Source of the DNA: Nitrosopumilus sp.
GTDB lineage: Archaea > Thermoproteota > Nitrososphaeria > Nitrososphaerales > Nitrosopumilaceae
Length of the DNA stretch: 64,000 nt
Reading direction: 5' to 3'
NCBI GenBank assembly: GCA_963667665.2
Contig: OY763927.2
Span: 1,664,001 to 1,728,000 of the forward strand
A program made the position numbers and the translations under genes. Below the pieces are notes generated by a model, which was given only the letters and a program-made list of their open reading frames with translations, made no database searches and was not told where the DNA came from. Numbering within the stretch: the first letter of the stretch is position 1; every line of letters begins with the position of its first letter. This document shows, in pieces, positions 48,431 to 59,338 of the stretch.

Positions 48431-49756
48431 ATGGTTCAAACTGTTCTCAATATTGGATTTGATGATACAGATTCCCCTCAAGGAATGTGTACCACATTTT
48501 TAGCATACAAAATTGTTGATTTACTTCAAAAACAGAAAACTGAATTTCTTGATTTTCCTAGATTAATTAGATTTAATCCTAATATTCCATGGAAAACTCG
48601 TGGTAATGGAGCAGTTTCAATCAGAATAAAGACTAAAAATCCTTCTAAGGTTAAAAATCAAATTAAAAATCTTGTTTCAAAATATTCTGATGTTAAAAAT
48701 GGAGCAAATCCTGGTTTAGTATTTTTTGAAAGTGATGCAATCCCTACTGAATTTATAAATTTTAGTAACTTAGCTCTATGGCAATTAATTAATAGAAACA
48801 GTGCAAAAAAATTTGCCAAAAAAAATTGTCTTGAATTTTTCTATCAAGGAAACGGTCAAGGACTTGTTGGTGCAATTGGTGCAATAGGATATGATTTTCA
48901 TGATCATACCTTAGAACTTTTGAGTTATCGTAAAAGAAAAAAATTTGGAAAAGAAAGAAAAATTTCTTCTACAAGTGTAAAAATTATGCAGGAAAAAACT
49001 TCTCCAAACACGTTTAATAGTTTTGATACAAAAAAAGGACGAATTTTAATTACTCCACATGGTCCAGATCCTGTATTTTATGGTGTTAGAGGTGAAAATG
49101 TGAATTCATTATTGTATGCTACAAAGATTCTAAAAAGTGATGAAAAATTAGATGGTTACATGATCTTCAAATCTAATCAAGGAACTGGAGATCATTTGAA
49201 AAATGAATTAAATTTTGAAAACATGAAACCTTATGCTTCTGGAAAAATCACCGGCGTTGTATCCAACACACCAAAAATTGTCAAAGGAGGACATGTATTT
49301 TTCAGAATTCTTTCTAAAAGTCATGAATTTTGGTGTGCAGTTTACAAACCAACAGGAATCTCATCTATTGCTTTGAATTTGATTAAAGGAGACAAGATAT
49401 GTGTAGGTGGAGGAGTTCGAAAGGCATCAAAAAATTTTCCTCGAATCATTAATCTTGAATTTATTGATGTCATTCACCTTGAAAAGAATCTTTCAAAATC
49501 TAATCCCATTTGCAAAAAATGTAACAAAAACATGAAATCTAAAGGTCAGAATCAAGGATTTCAGTGTATTAGATGTGGAAAAAAATATTCTAAAAAAATA
49601 ACTATTGATATTCCAAGAAAAATCAAAAAACAAATGTATATTCCAAATATGTCTGCACATAGACACCTAACAAGACCTTTACAACGAATTGGAATTTCTA
49701 ACAAAATCTCAAAATTTGATAAATCTCTTTCATGGTTTTGCGTTTATAGAAACTAA
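48431..49756 (+). CDS. tiaS: tRNA(Ile2) agmatinylcytidine synthase
   Basis: IGFDDTDS..GMCTT, RFNPNIPWKTRGNGA, PHGPDPVFYGVRG, SNQGTGDH, RHLTRP. Confidence 0.95.
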   Translation: MVQTVLNIGFDDTDSPQGMCTTFLAYKIVDLLQKQKTEFLDFPRLIRFNPNIPWKTRGNGAVSIRIKTKNPSKVKNQIKNLVSKYSDVKNGANPGLVFFESDAIPTEFINFSNLALWQLINRNSAKKFAKKNCLEFFYQGNGQGLVGAIGAIGYDFHDHTLELLSYRKRKKFGKERKISSTSVKIMQEKTSPNTFNSFDTKKGRILITPHGPDPVFYGVRGENVNSLLYATKILKSDEKLDGYMIFKSNQGTGDHLKNELNFENMKPYASGKITGVVSNTPKIVKGGHVFFRILSKSHEFWCAVYKPTGISSIALNLIKGDKICVGGGVRKASKNFPRIINLEFIDVIHLEKNLSKSNPICKKCNKNMKSKGQNQGFQCIRCGKKYSKKITIDIPRKIKKQMYIPNMSAHRHLTRPLQRIGISNKISKFDKSLSWFCVYRN

Positions 49757-49757
49757 A

Positions 49758-49832
49758 TAGCGGGGAGTAGATTTGAACTACTGATTTGCGGGTTATGAGC
49801 CCGCCGGGATGACCTGACTTCCCCACCCCGCT
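49758..49832 (-). tRNA. tRNA-Met(CAT), initiator type
   Basis: Reverse complement AGCGGGGTGGGGAAGTCAGGTCATCCCGGCGGGCTCATAACCCGCAAATCAGTAGTTCAAATCTACTCCCCGCTA; A1-U72, three G-C pairs in the anticodon stem, TTCAAAT T-loop. Confidence 0.95.
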
Positions 49833-49914
49833 GATCGATAAAAGATGATCTGCCGTATATACGCTTTATCAAATTTTTAAAGTAATTAATAGGAATTCAA
49901 AATCTTCTCTTTTT

Positions 49915-51006
49915 GTGGATAAAAAAATTCAAATCATTGCTATTATTGCAGTTGTAATATTTTCTGTTTTTGTTTTAACTTCTACATCAGATCCTATTCC
50001 ATTACCTGCACCTACGTCAAATTCTGAAAGTGCATCTGTAATTATTTTAGCTGAAAATCTTGACAAACCTCGTGCAATTGCTATTTCTGATAACCGAATT
50101 TTTATTACAGAAAAAGATGGATTCATTAGAGTAATTCAAAATAATACTTTGATAGAATCACCATTAGCTGTATTTCGCTCTGCTAATGTATTTGATGGAG
50201 GGTTGTTGGGTATTACACTTCATCCAGATTTTTTAAATAATCATTACATCTATGTATTTTTGACATATGAAGAAGATGGAAATTTGTGGAACAAGATTCT
50301 GAAAATAACTGAATCTGAAAATAAATTACAAGATGCTGAAATTATTTTTGATAAAATTCCTGGCTCTTCTTTTACCAATGGTGGTTTTCTAAAATTTGGA
50401 CCTGATGGAAAACTGTATGTGGGCACTGGTACAATTTCTGATTCGTCTCATCTTCCACAAGACCTTGATTCTTTATCTGGAAAAATTTTAAGATTAAATG
50501 ATGATGGTACTATTCCAAATGATAATCCATTTTCTGATTCTCCAGTCTATTCTTTAGGACATCGAAATCCTCAAGGAATGACTTGGGATGATAATGGCAA
50601 CATGTTTGTAGCAGAATTTGGGCCTGAAAAAAATGATGAAATTAATCTAATTCAAGCAGGAAAAAACTATGGCTGGCCTGAACAACAATGCTCTGGTAAT
50701 GAGAACTTTGAAAACCCTATTCTTTGTTTTGATCCAAGTATAGAACCAGGTGGTATCTTGTTTTATTCTGGAGATAAACTTGATTTTGAATCTCCATTCA
50801 TAATGGCCTCTATGAGAGCAACTAATCTTTACCAGCTAGATTTTGAAGAAGGGCTCAGTTCTCAAAAATCTATTCTCAGCGGAATTGGTCGTGTTCGTGA
50901 TGTGGTCCAAGGTTCTGATGGAAGTCTTTATGTAATTACTTCAAATACTGATGGAAAAGGTTTTCCAGATAGAATGGATGATAAATTATTGAGGATAATA
51001 AAATAA
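49915..51006 (+). CDS. PQQ-dependent sugar (glucose/sorbosone) dehydrogenase family, membrane anchored
   Basis: GGLLGITLHPDF, FGPDGKLYVGTG, GKILRLN, SLGHRNPQG, DEIN..GKNYGWP. Confidence 0.9.
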   Translation: MDKKIQIIAIIAVVIFSVFVLTSTSDPIPLPAPTSNSESASVIILAENLDKPRAIAISDNRIFITEKDGFIRVIQNNTLIESPLAVFRSANVFDGGLLGITLHPDFLNNHYIYVFLTYEEDGNLWNKILKITESENKLQDAEIIFDKIPGSSFTNGGFLKFGPDGKLYVGTGTISDSSHLPQDLDSLSGKILRLNDDGTIPNDNPFSDSPVYSLGHRNPQGMTWDDNGNMFVAEFGPEKNDEINLIQAGKNYGWPEQQCSGNENFENPILCFDPSIEPGGILFYSGDKLDFESPFIMASMRATNLYQLDFEEGLSSQKSILSGIGRVRDVVQGSDGSLYVITSNTDGKGFPDRMDDKLLRIIK

Positions 51007-51007
51007 A

Positions 51008-52264
51008 ATGCCAGACTCGTCAATTTCAAAGTTTTTTGAAAAATCAAGAAAAGAAAGATTAGATATTGTTGCAAATTTTGCAAACCTTTCTAGTGAAGAA
51101 TTAGATATTTTACAAAGCAACAATGGAGGTATTTCATATGATAAAGCAGATAAAATGGTGGAAAATACTATTGGTACATTTTCTCTTCCTTTAGGAATTG
51201 CAACAAACTTCAAGATTAATGGTAAAGACTACATAATTCCAATGGTAATTGAGGAACCATCTGTAATTGCTGCAGCATCAAGAGGAGCCAAAATTGCACG
51301 TATTAAAGGTGGATTTGAAGTTACAGCAAATGAATCTTACAGTATTGGTCAAATACAAGTTTTAGATGTTGATATTGATTCTGCAATTCAAAAAATCAAT
51401 AATTCTTCAAATGAAATTATTAAACTAGCAAATTCCAAAAGTAATACATTATCTAAAATGGGTAAAGGTGCAAAAGAAATTTCTTGTAAAGAAATTGATA
51501 CACCATCTTGCAAAATGCTTATTGTAGAATTATTAATTGATGTTGGAGATGCAATGGGTGCAAATATTACTAATACGATGTGTGAAGCTGTTTCACCATT
51601 AATTGAAAAGATTACAGGCGGACGAACATTACTTCGAATATTATCAAATTATTCTACTAGAAGAATTGCTAAAGCAAAGGCTGTATTTGAAAAAGAAGCT
51701 GTTGGCGGAGAATCTGTTGTTGATGATATAATTTTAGCATTTGAATTCGCTGATAATGATGTCTATCGAGCAGTAACTCACAACAAAGGTATTATGAATG
51801 GAACCATATCTGTGGCAAATGCAACTGGTCAGGATAGTAGAGCCATTGAAGCTGCAGCAAATGCTTATGCTTCAAAATCTGGAATATATCGTTCTCTTAG
51901 TAAATGGAGTAAAGATGATGATGGTAATTTAGTTGGAAGCTTGGAAATTCCTTTGTCCGTTGGAATTGTAGGTGGAATTGCAAATGTGCATCCTATGGCC
52001 AAAGTCTGCATAAAGATTCTTGGAGTTTCATCAGCACAAGAACTTGCATGTGTAATGACTGCAACTGGTTTGGCTCAAAATTACAGTGCCATTAGAGCTC
52101 TTGCTACTGAAGGAATTCAAAAGGGACACATGCGTCTTCATGCAAGAAATCTTGCAGCTGCTGCAGGAGCTACGTCTGGACAGATAGATAAAATTGTTCA
52201 AAAAATGATTGAAGAAAAGAAAATTTCACTTGATAGAGCTAAAGAATTACTTGAGCAAATTTAA
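51008..52264 (+). CDS. mvaA: HMG-CoA reductase (class II)
   Basis: ENTIG, EEPSVIAA, DAMGAN, THNKGIMNG, GIQKGHMRLHA. Confidence 0.93.
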   Translation: MPDSSISKFFEKSRKERLDIVANFANLSSEELDILQSNNGGISYDKADKMVENTIGTFSLPLGIATNFKINGKDYIIPMVIEEPSVIAAASRGAKIARIKGGFEVTANESYSIGQIQVLDVDIDSAIQKINNSSNEIIKLANSKSNTLSKMGKGAKEISCKEIDTPSCKMLIVELLIDVGDAMGANITNTMCEAVSPLIEKITGGRTLLRILSNYSTRRIAKAKAVFEKEAVGGESVVDDIILAFEFADNDVYRAVTHNKGIMNGTISVANATGQDSRAIEAAANAYASKSGIYRSLSKWSKDDDGNLVGSLEIPLSVGIVGGIANVHPMAKVCIKILGVSSAQELACVMTATGLAQNYSAIRALATEGIQKGHMRLHARNLAAAAGATSGQIDKIVQKMIEEKKISLDRAKELLEQI

Positions 52265-52297
52265 ACATGCGATTATATACCTAAAAAGTGAAAAAAA

Positions 52298-53281
52298 TTG
52301 GAAATGTCTGAAATAAGATTTGCTATCCCTAAAGGAAGTTTAGAGGATGCTACTTTCAAACTATTAGAAAAATCTTGGACTAAAGTTACTCGAAAAAGTA
52401 GAACTTATCGAGTTTACTTGGATGATCCAAATATTATTGTCAAGATGCTTCGTCCACAAGAGATTCCAACTTTGGTTGCAGAAGGATTGTATGATGTAGG
52501 CATTACTGGAAAAGATTGGGTAGGTGAAACCAATTCTGATGTTGAACCCATTTTAGATTTGGAGTATGGAAAAATTAGACTAGTGGTAGCTTTTCCAGAT
52601 AAATATCGTTACAAAAATCTTGATGAAATGATTGCAGATTATGGTAAAAAGAAAAAAATACTTCGTATATCTTCTGAATATCTTACTACCACCTCCAAAT
52701 TTCTTAAACAGTCAAAGTCTTACAAAAAATATTATGGTTCCAAAGATCCACTAATTGTAACTCCATGGGTTCGATTAGGAACTAACAAAAATGTTCAAAT
52801 TCATCTATCCTTCGGTGCAACTGAGGCAAAACCTCCTGAAGATGTAGATGCAATAGTGGATGTTACTGAAACTGGCACAACTCTAAAACAAAATAAATTA
52901 AAAATTGTTGATGAAGTGCTTACATCTACTGCACACTTGATTATAAACAAGAAATCATTAAAGGATCCAAAAAAACGTGAAAAAATATTTGATATTGTAA
53001 CTCTTATGAGGGGAGCTGTTTATGGTAAAAAATACTTGCACATTTACCTAAATGTTGAAGAGAAAAATCTAAAGAAACTTCTAGCACAGATGCCATCTCT
53101 CAAAAAACCAACTATAAGCCCACTTAGTGAGAAAGGATGGTATGGGATAAACACAGTCATAAAAAAAGACGAATTTTACAAACTTATTCCAAAACTAAGG
53201 AAGATTGCTCAAGGTCTTGTAGTTCATGAACCACGACAAATACTGGATCTTGAGGAGATCAAACGTGACGAAGAAAATTGA
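52298..53281 (+). CDS. hisG: ATP phosphoribosyltransferase (long form)
   Basis: AIPKGSL, RPQEIP, DVGITGKDW, GATE, DVTETGTTL, PTISPL. Confidence 0.95.
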   Translation: MEMSEIRFAIPKGSLEDATFKLLEKSWTKVTRKSRTYRVYLDDPNIIVKMLRPQEIPTLVAEGLYDVGITGKDWVGETNSDVEPILDLEYGKIRLVVAFPDKYRYKNLDEMIADYGKKKKILRISSEYLTTTSKFLKQSKSYKKYYGSKDPLIVTPWVRLGTNKNVQIHLSFGATEAKPPEDVDAIVDVTETGTTLKQNKLKIVDEVLTSTAHLIINKKSLKDPKKREKIFDIVTLMRGAVYGKKYLHIYLNVEEKNLKKLLAQMPSLKKPTISPLSEKGWYGINTVIKKDEFYKLIPKLRKIAQGLVVHEPRQILDLEEIKRDEEN

Positions 53282-54552
53282 TAAAAATAATCAAAGTTTC
53301 TAATGTTAAAAAATTTGCAGCTAAAATTCTTCAAAAACAGCCTCAAAAAAACAAAACCATTGTTGAATCTATTCTAAAAAATGTCAAAAAAAATGGCGAT
53401 GATGCAATCCGAAAATATGAAAAAAAATTTAGCGGTGCAAATATTTCTTCATTACGTTTATCTCAAACAGAAATAAAAAATGCATATTCTAAAGTTTCCA
53501 AAAATGAACTTAGTGCAATACGATTAGCGAAAGCTAGACTTGAAAAAACAGAATCTGCAATAAAATCTCTTTTAAAAAATAAAACCATTAGCAATGATGG
53601 AATTAAAATTTCTAAAAAATTTATTCCAATTGAAAGTGTTGGATGTTACATACCAGGTGGGTTGGCAAAATATCCAAGTTCTGTAGTTATGTCTGTAGTT
53701 CCAGCTAAAATTGCAGGTGTTAAACGAATTGTAGTGGTGTCTCCTCCAAATTCAAAAGGAAAGATTGATCCATTAACAATTATTACTGCAAATATTTGTG
53801 GTGCTAATGAAATTTACAAAACAGGTGGTGCACAATCTATTGCAGCATTATCATATGGTACAAAAACTATTTCTAAAGTTGACAAAATTGTTGGCCCTGG
53901 AGGTTCATTTGTTACTATTGCAAAATATTTGACAAGTGATCAAACTGGAATCGATATGCTTGCAGGTCCTACGGAATTAGGAATTGTTGCAGATAGTTCA
54001 TCTAATCCAAAGTTTATTGCATTAGATCTCATTTCTCAAGCAGAACACAGCAAAGATACTCTTTGTTATTTGATTACAAATTCTGAAAAACTTGCAAAAT
54101 CTGTTAATAAAATAATTTCTAAACTAATACATGAAATTCAAAGAGACAATTTAGTAAAATCAAGTCTAAAAAATAATGGATTTATTGCAATATGTCAAAC
54201 TAAATCTGACATGATTTCGCTTGCAAATGCTTTGGCACCTGAACACTTGCAAATAATGACAAAAAATCCTGAATCTTTTTCATCAAAAATCAATACACCA
54301 GGATTAATTTTGATTGGAAACTATACTCCATCATCTGCTAGTGACTATGTTTTAGGCTCAAATCACATTCTTCCTACTAATGGATTTGGAAAAATTCGAG
54401 GCTCACTTTCAGTTTTGGACTTTATCAAGATAAACACACAAGTTGTTTCATCCAAATCATCATTGTCCAAAATTTCAAAATATCTTGAAGTTTTAACTAA
54501 TGCTGAAGGACTTCCTAACCATTATGAAGCAGTCAGAGGTAGACTAGAATGA
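53278..54552 (+). CDS. hisD: Histidinol dehydrogenase
   Basis: GCYIPGG, GGAQSIAAL, KIVGPG, DMLAGPTE, SQAEH, APEHL, GSNHILPT. Confidence 0.95.
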   Translation: MIKIIKVSNVKKFAAKILQKQPQKNKTIVESILKNVKKNGDDAIRKYEKKFSGANISSLRLSQTEIKNAYSKVSKNELSAIRLAKARLEKTESAIKSLLKNKTISNDGIKISKKFIPIESVGCYIPGGLAKYPSSVVMSVVPAKIAGVKRIVVVSPPNSKGKIDPLTIITANICGANEIYKTGGAQSIAALSYGTKTISKVDKIVGPGGSFVTIAKYLTSDQTGIDMLAGPTELGIVADSSSNPKFIALDLISQAEHSKDTLCYLITNSEKLAKSVNKIISKLIHEIQRDNLVKSSLKNNGFIAICQTKSDMISLANALAPEHLQIMTKNPESFSSKINTPGLILIGNYTPSSASDYVLGSNHILPTNGFGKIRGSLSVLDFIKINTQVVSSKSSLSKISKYLEVLTNAEGLPNHYEAVRGRLE

Positions 54553-55619
54553 AAAAAAATTGGTTTGAAGAAAAAATAAAGAAATTTTCTGCTATTGGGG
54601 GTTATCAAAAACCTGAGCTCAATCAGAATGCATTAAAACTTGACTCAAATGAAAATTATGTGATTCCAAAACAATTTCAAAATGATATTATCTCATCAGC
54701 AAGAAAAAATTCTGATGTAAGAGAATATCCACTTGGTGGAGTAGAATTCTTGATTCAAAAAATATCTAAATTTGTTAAAATGCCTTCTTCAATGATCGGT
54801 GTTGGTAATGGTTCTGATCAAATTTTGGATTTAATACTATCTAATTTTGCATCAAAACAAACCAAAATCCTTACTTCAAATCCTACTTTTGGATTTTTTG
54901 AAGAACGATGTAAATTGTATTCAATTCCTTTGATTGCAATTTCGTTTTCAAATGATATGAAATTAGACATTAACGATTTTAAAAAGCAATCTAAAAATGC
55001 AGATATACTATATCTTGACTCTCCAAATAATCCTACAGGATTTCAATTTTCAAAAAATGAATTACAAAAACTTATCAAATCTTTTAATGGTCTTGTAATA
55101 ATTGATGAAGCCTATGGTGAGTTTGGTGATTATTCTCTATCAAGTATGGTAAAAACTCAAGAAAATCTGATTGTTGTACAAACTCTTTCTAAATCATTTG
55201 GATTAGCTGGACTTAGACTAGGATATTTTATTGCAAATAAGAAATTCACTACTATCTTTATGAATGTCCTACAATATCCATATCCTTTGACAACTATAAC
55301 TATTGAATCTGGAATTTTAGCTTTAGACAAATCAAATCTTATGAAAAGTACAGTAGCTAATATCAAAATTGAAAGAAAAAGAATTATTGAAACTTTGCAG
55401 AAATATGATGCCTTTGAAGTCTTTGATTCCAAGGCTAATTTTGTGCTATTTGATGCTAAAGGAATCTACAAGCGAGTATATTCAGCACTTGCTGAACAAG
55501 GAATTTCTATTCGAAAATTAGGGAGAATAAATAATCATGAAGGATGTCTTAGAGTAACAATTGGAACCAAAGAAATGAACTCAAAATTTTTACTAGCTAT
55601 TCGTGATTTATTGGGATGA
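54549..55619 (+). CDS. hisC: Histidinol-phosphate aminotransferase
   Basis: LDSNEN, GNGSDQ, PNNPTG, DEAY, TLSKSFGLAGLRLG. Confidence 0.93.
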   Translation: MKKNWFEEKIKKFSAIGGYQKPELNQNALKLDSNENYVIPKQFQNDIISSARKNSDVREYPLGGVEFLIQKISKFVKMPSSMIGVGNGSDQILDLILSNFASKQTKILTSNPTFGFFEERCKLYSIPLIAISFSNDMKLDINDFKKQSKNADILYLDSPNNPTGFQFSKNELQKLIKSFNGLVIIDEAYGEFGDYSLSSMVKTQENLIVVQTLSKSFGLAGLRLGYFIANKKFTTIFMNVLQYPYPLTTITIESGILALDKSNLMKSTVANIKIERKRIIETLQKYDAFEVFDSKANFVLFDAKGIYKRVYSALAEQGISIRKLGRINNHEGCLRVTIGTKEMNSKFLLAIRDLLG

Positions 55620-56590
55620 CTTTAAGAAAAAAATCTGAAGGAATCTATACCGATGATTCTGGTATTGATGCCCTAAATGAAATTGATGCAATAATTTTTG
55701 ATTGTGATGGTGTTTTAATTGATATTACAAAATCATATGATCAAGCAATAATTAAGACAACCCAATATGTTTTAAAGAATTTTGCAAAAATTAATGATAC
55801 AATATATGTAGATTTTAAAATAATTGATGGATTCAAATCAACAGGTGGATTCAATGATGAAGTTGATCTTACATATGCTGCAATAATTTCCCTAGTTGCT
55901 GCCAAAAAATTAAAAAAAGATCAAACAAGTTTTATTTTTGATGTAATAAAAAATTCTGATTCTAGCGGTATTGTATCCGTAGAAAAATATCTTGAAAATC
56001 AAGTTGATATTTCTGATATTAAAAAACAATTATCTTATCCTGATATGCATAATGAAAATCCTTTATCTCAAATATTTGATCAATTATTTTATGGACCTGA
56101 ATTATACCAAAAGTTATTTGAAAATTCTTCCAAATTTTCTGAATCAGGTTTAATTGAGCAAGATGATGTAATTTTAAATAAATCATTAATTGAAAAATTA
56201 CAAAACAAATTTAATTCAAAAATTGCTATAGTGACAGGTAGAGGAAAAGAATCTACAAGTTATTCTTTAAAGACATTATTGGATAAATTTGACCTAAAAA
56301 ATTCTACATTTTTAGAAGATGAATCAAGAGAACTTGCAAAACCAAATCCTCAACCACTTATAGATTCAATTAAAGGAATGAATAGTATTTCAACTCTGTT
56401 TGTTGGAGATTCTATGGAAGATTTCATCATGGCAAAAAAGTCCACTGAATTAGGAAGTAATACTACTTTTTGTGGAATTATTGGTACTAGTAAGAATCCT
56501 CAAGAAAAACTTGAATTGTTTCAGCGTAATGGTGCTATTCTAGTATTAGATTCAATCAATCTACTTCCAAAGGTATTAAATTTAGAATAA
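55616..56590 (+). CDS. HAD-superfamily hydrolase (candidate histidinol-phosphatase)
   Basis: FDCDGVL, TGR, KPNP, VGDSMED; between hisC and hisB. Confidence 0.85.
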   Translation: MTLRKKSEGIYTDDSGIDALNEIDAIIFDCDGVLIDITKSYDQAIIKTTQYVLKNFAKINDTIYVDFKIIDGFKSTGGFNDEVDLTYAAIISLVAAKKLKKDQTSFIFDVIKNSDSSGIVSVEKYLENQVDISDIKKQLSYPDMHNENPLSQIFDQLFYGPELYQKLFENSSKFSESGLIEQDDVILNKSLIEKLQNKFNSKIAIVTGRGKESTSYSLKTLLDKFDLKNSTFLEDESRELAKPNPQPLIDSIKGMNSISTLFVGDSMEDFIMAKKSTELGSNTTFCGIIGTSKNPQEKLELFQRNGAILVLDSINLLPKVLNLE

Positions 56591-56607
56591 AGCATATTCC
56601 ATAACCT

Positions 56608-57204
56608 GTGATAAATTTGAAACCAAGAAAGGCATCAATTAAACGAAATACTAAGGAAACTAATGTTCAAGTATCTGTCAATATAGACGGAACTGGAAAA
56701 ACAAGCATCAAAACTGGCATTAATTTTCTTGATCACTTGATTGTATCATTTGGTAAACACGGCATGATGGATCTGAAAGTTGATGCAAAATCTAATGATG
56801 GAATTGAACATCATCTTATTGAAGATACTGCAATTACTATAGGACAAGTAATTGATAAAGCATTAAGCTCCAGAACTGGAATAACAAGATTCAGTTATGC
56901 ATCTGTTCCCATGGATGAATCTCTTGCTGAAGCTTCAATTGATTTAGTAAAACGTCCATTTTGGAAATTAACTTTGTCAATTAAGCGTAGTAAAATTGAA
57001 GATATCTCCAAAGAAGATTTGGAACACTTTTTTCAATCATTACTGCAAAATCTGAATTGCTGTATCCACCTTACTGTAAAGTATGGAGATAATGATCACC
57101 ACAAAGTAGAATCTGCAATAAAGTCACTTGCTGTTGCATTTAGAAATGCCTCAACAATAGATAAAAAACAAAAAGGAATTCCTAGTACCAAAGGTTCAAT
57201 GTAA
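56608..57204 (+). CDS. hisB: Imidazoleglycerol-phosphate dehydratase
   Basis: [34 protein letters not shown]. Confidence 0.95.
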   Translation: MINLKPRKASIKRNTKETNVQVSVNIDGTGKTSIKTGINFLDHLIVSFGKHGMMDLKVDAKSNDGIEHHLIEDTAITIGQVIDKALSSRTGITRFSYASVPMDESLAEASIDLVKRPFWKLTLSIKRSKIEDISKEDLEHFFQSLLQNLNCCIHLTVKYGDNDHHKVESAIKSLAVAFRNASTIDKKQKGIPSTKGSM

Positions 57205-57812
57205 TGGTAAGTGTAGCAATTTTTGATTATGGCGCTGGAAATATTTTCAGCCTTAAAAATTCACTTGAAAAAGCAGGAGCTTCAGTGGATATAATTAATA
57301 ATTTTGATAAACCTAATGAATATTCTGGTTTACTACTTCCTGGTGTGGGAAACTTTGATCCTGCCATCAAAAGTATAACAGAATTTTCAAAAACTGGATT
57401 TATGGATTTTGTAAAGGATACTACTCCTGTTCTTGGAATTTGTCTTGGAATGGAGATGTTTTTTGAAAAAAGTGAAGAAGGAAAAGAGAAAGGTTTGGAA
57501 ATAATAGATGGTGAAGTGGTTGTTCTTCCACTATCTATGAAAGTACCTCATATGGGATGGAATGATTTAGAGATAAAAAAACCAGGTAAACTTTTAGAAG
57601 GAGTTGATAATGGTTCTTGGGTTTATTTTGTTCACTCGTATAGAGTTAAACCAAATTCTAGTGATGTAATCACTGCAGAATCAGATTATGGTATTAAAGT
57701 TACAGCAGTAGTTGAACAAGACAACTTTTTTGGAACTCAATTTCATCCAGAAAAATCTGGTTCTGTAGGACAAATCATGATAAAGAATTTTCTTGGCGTG
57801 TGTAAAAAATGA
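57204..57812 (+). CDS. hisH: IGP synthase glutamine amidotransferase subunit
   Basis: DYGAGN, LPGVG, GICLG, VPHMGWN, YFVHSY, QFHPEKS. Confidence 0.95.
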   Translation: MVSVAIFDYGAGNIFSLKNSLEKAGASVDIINNFDKPNEYSGLLLPGVGNFDPAIKSITEFSKTGFMDFVKDTTPVLGICLGMEMFFEKSEEGKEKGLEIIDGEVVVLPLSMKVPHMGWNDLEIKKPGKLLEGVDNGSWVYFVHSYRVKPNSSDVITAESDYGIKVTAVVEQDNFFGTQFHPEKSGSVGQIMIKNFLGVCKK

Positions 57813-58516
57813 AAATCATTCCTGCTATTGATCTAATGAATGGACAAGTGGTTCGACTTTACAAAGGTGATCCAAAGAAGAAAACAGTATACAGCGATAA
57901 CCCTGTTGAAATTGCAAAAAAATGGGAAGCAAATGGTGCTGATATGTTGCATCTTGTAGATTTGGATGCTACTTTAGGAATAGGTTCTAACATTTCAATT
58001 ATTAAAAAGATATTAGATGAAATCTCAATTCCTGTTGAAGTTGCTGGTGGATTAAGAGACAGATCAATAGTTATGGATGTAGCTAAAATTTCAAAAAGAA
58101 TTGTATTGGGAACATTGGCCTTTAATGATAAACCTTTGTTGAAAACATTGTTAACTGAACTTGGATCCAAAAAAATTGTAGTTTCAGTTGATCACATAGA
58201 CAGTGAAATAGTAATCAATGGTTGGCAAGATAAAACTGGAATTAAATTAATTGATTCTATCAAAGAATTCCTTGATATGGGGTTTACCGAATTCTTATTA
58301 ACAAATGTTAGTCGTGATGGAACTATGGAGGGTCCTGAATTAGAATTTTTAGAGCAGGCATGTAGATTAACAAATGCAAATGTAATTGCTAGTGGCGGAA
58401 TTTCTAATGTGAATGATGTTAAAAATGTAAAAGAAAAAAATGCCTTTGGAGTAATTTTAGGAAAAGCACTATATGAAAATAAAATTTCTATTGAAGAGGC
58501 AAAGAAAATAGTATGA
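57809..58516 (+). CDS. hisA: ProFAR isomerase
   Basis: IIPAIDL..GQVVRL, HLVDLD, RDGTMEG, ASGGI. Confidence 0.95.
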   Translation: MKIIPAIDLMNGQVVRLYKGDPKKKTVYSDNPVEIAKKWEANGADMLHLVDLDATLGIGSNISIIKKILDEISIPVEVAGGLRDRSIVMDVAKISKRIVLGTLAFNDKPLLKTLLTELGSKKIVVSVDHIDSEIVINGWQDKTGIKLIDSIKEFLDMGFTEFLLTNVSRDGTMEGPELEFLEQACRLTNANVIASGGISNVNDVKNVKEKNAFGVILGKALYENKISIEEAKKIV

Positions 58517-59316
58517 CTCTAACAAAACGAATAATTCCTTGTCTTGATGTAAAAAATGGGAGAGTTGTTAAAGGATTAAATTTTGAATCAATTAAGGATG
58601 CAGGTGATCCTGTAGAACTTGCAGAAAAATATTGCAATGAAGGAGCAGATGAGTTAGTATTTTTGGATATTACTGCATCTGATGAGCAAAGAGAGATCAT
58701 TAAAGAGTTAGTTAGAAAAGTTGCATCAGTAATTGATATTCCATTTACTGTAGGTGGTGGTGTAAAATCATTAGAAGATGCAAGAAACATCTTACTTAAT
58801 GGAGCTGACAAAGTTGGTATTAACACTGGCGCAATAAAAAATCCAAAAATCATAACTGAATTGATGGAATTATTTGGCCGTCAGTGTATTGTAATTGCAA
58901 TTGATGCCAAAAGAAATTATGACATTAAAGAAAATGTAACTATTTTTTTAGAAAATAATAAAAAATTCTGGTTTGAAGTTTTCATTTATGGCGGCAAACA
59001 AGGAACTGGAATTGATGTCATTCAATGGGCAAAAAAAGCCCAACATCTTGGAGCTGGAGAGATCCTTCTTACAAGTATTGATAAAGATGGCACAAAAGAT
59101 GGCTATGATATTATACTTACAAAGTCAATTGTTGATTCTGTGTCTATTCCAGTAATTGCTTCTGGTGGATGTGGAAAACCAAGTGATATGGTAGATGTAT
59201 TACATGAATCAAATGTTGATGCTGTATTAGCTGCTTCGATTTTTCACTATGAAACTCATGGTGTAAAAGGAGTTAAAATATACCTTAAAGAAAAAAAAAT
59301 CCCTGTAAGGTTATAA
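58513..59316 (+). CDS. hisF: IGP synthase cyclase subunit
   Basis: KRIIPCLDV, GDPVE, ADELVFLDITAS, IPFTVGGG, LAASIFH. Confidence 0.96.
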   Translation: MTLTKRIIPCLDVKNGRVVKGLNFESIKDAGDPVELAEKYCNEGADELVFLDITASDEQREIIKELVRKVASVIDIPFTVGGGVKSLEDARNILLNGADKVGINTGAIKNPKIITELMELFGRQCIVIAIDAKRNYDIKENVTIFLENNKKFWFEVFIYGGKQGTGIDVIQWAKKAQHLGAGEILLTSIDKDGTKDGYDIILTKSIVDSVSIPVIASGGCGKPSDMVDVLHESNVDAVLAASIFHYETHGVKGVKIYLKEKKIPVRL

Positions 59317-59338
59317 GCCCTATTTTCAATTTTAAATT

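Noticed and set aside
49758-49832. tRNA(CAU) beside tiaS as its Ile2 substrate, or as an integration site
   Set aside because: A1-U72 and three G-C anticodon-stem pairs mark it as initiator Met; no duplicated 3' end or integrase nearby
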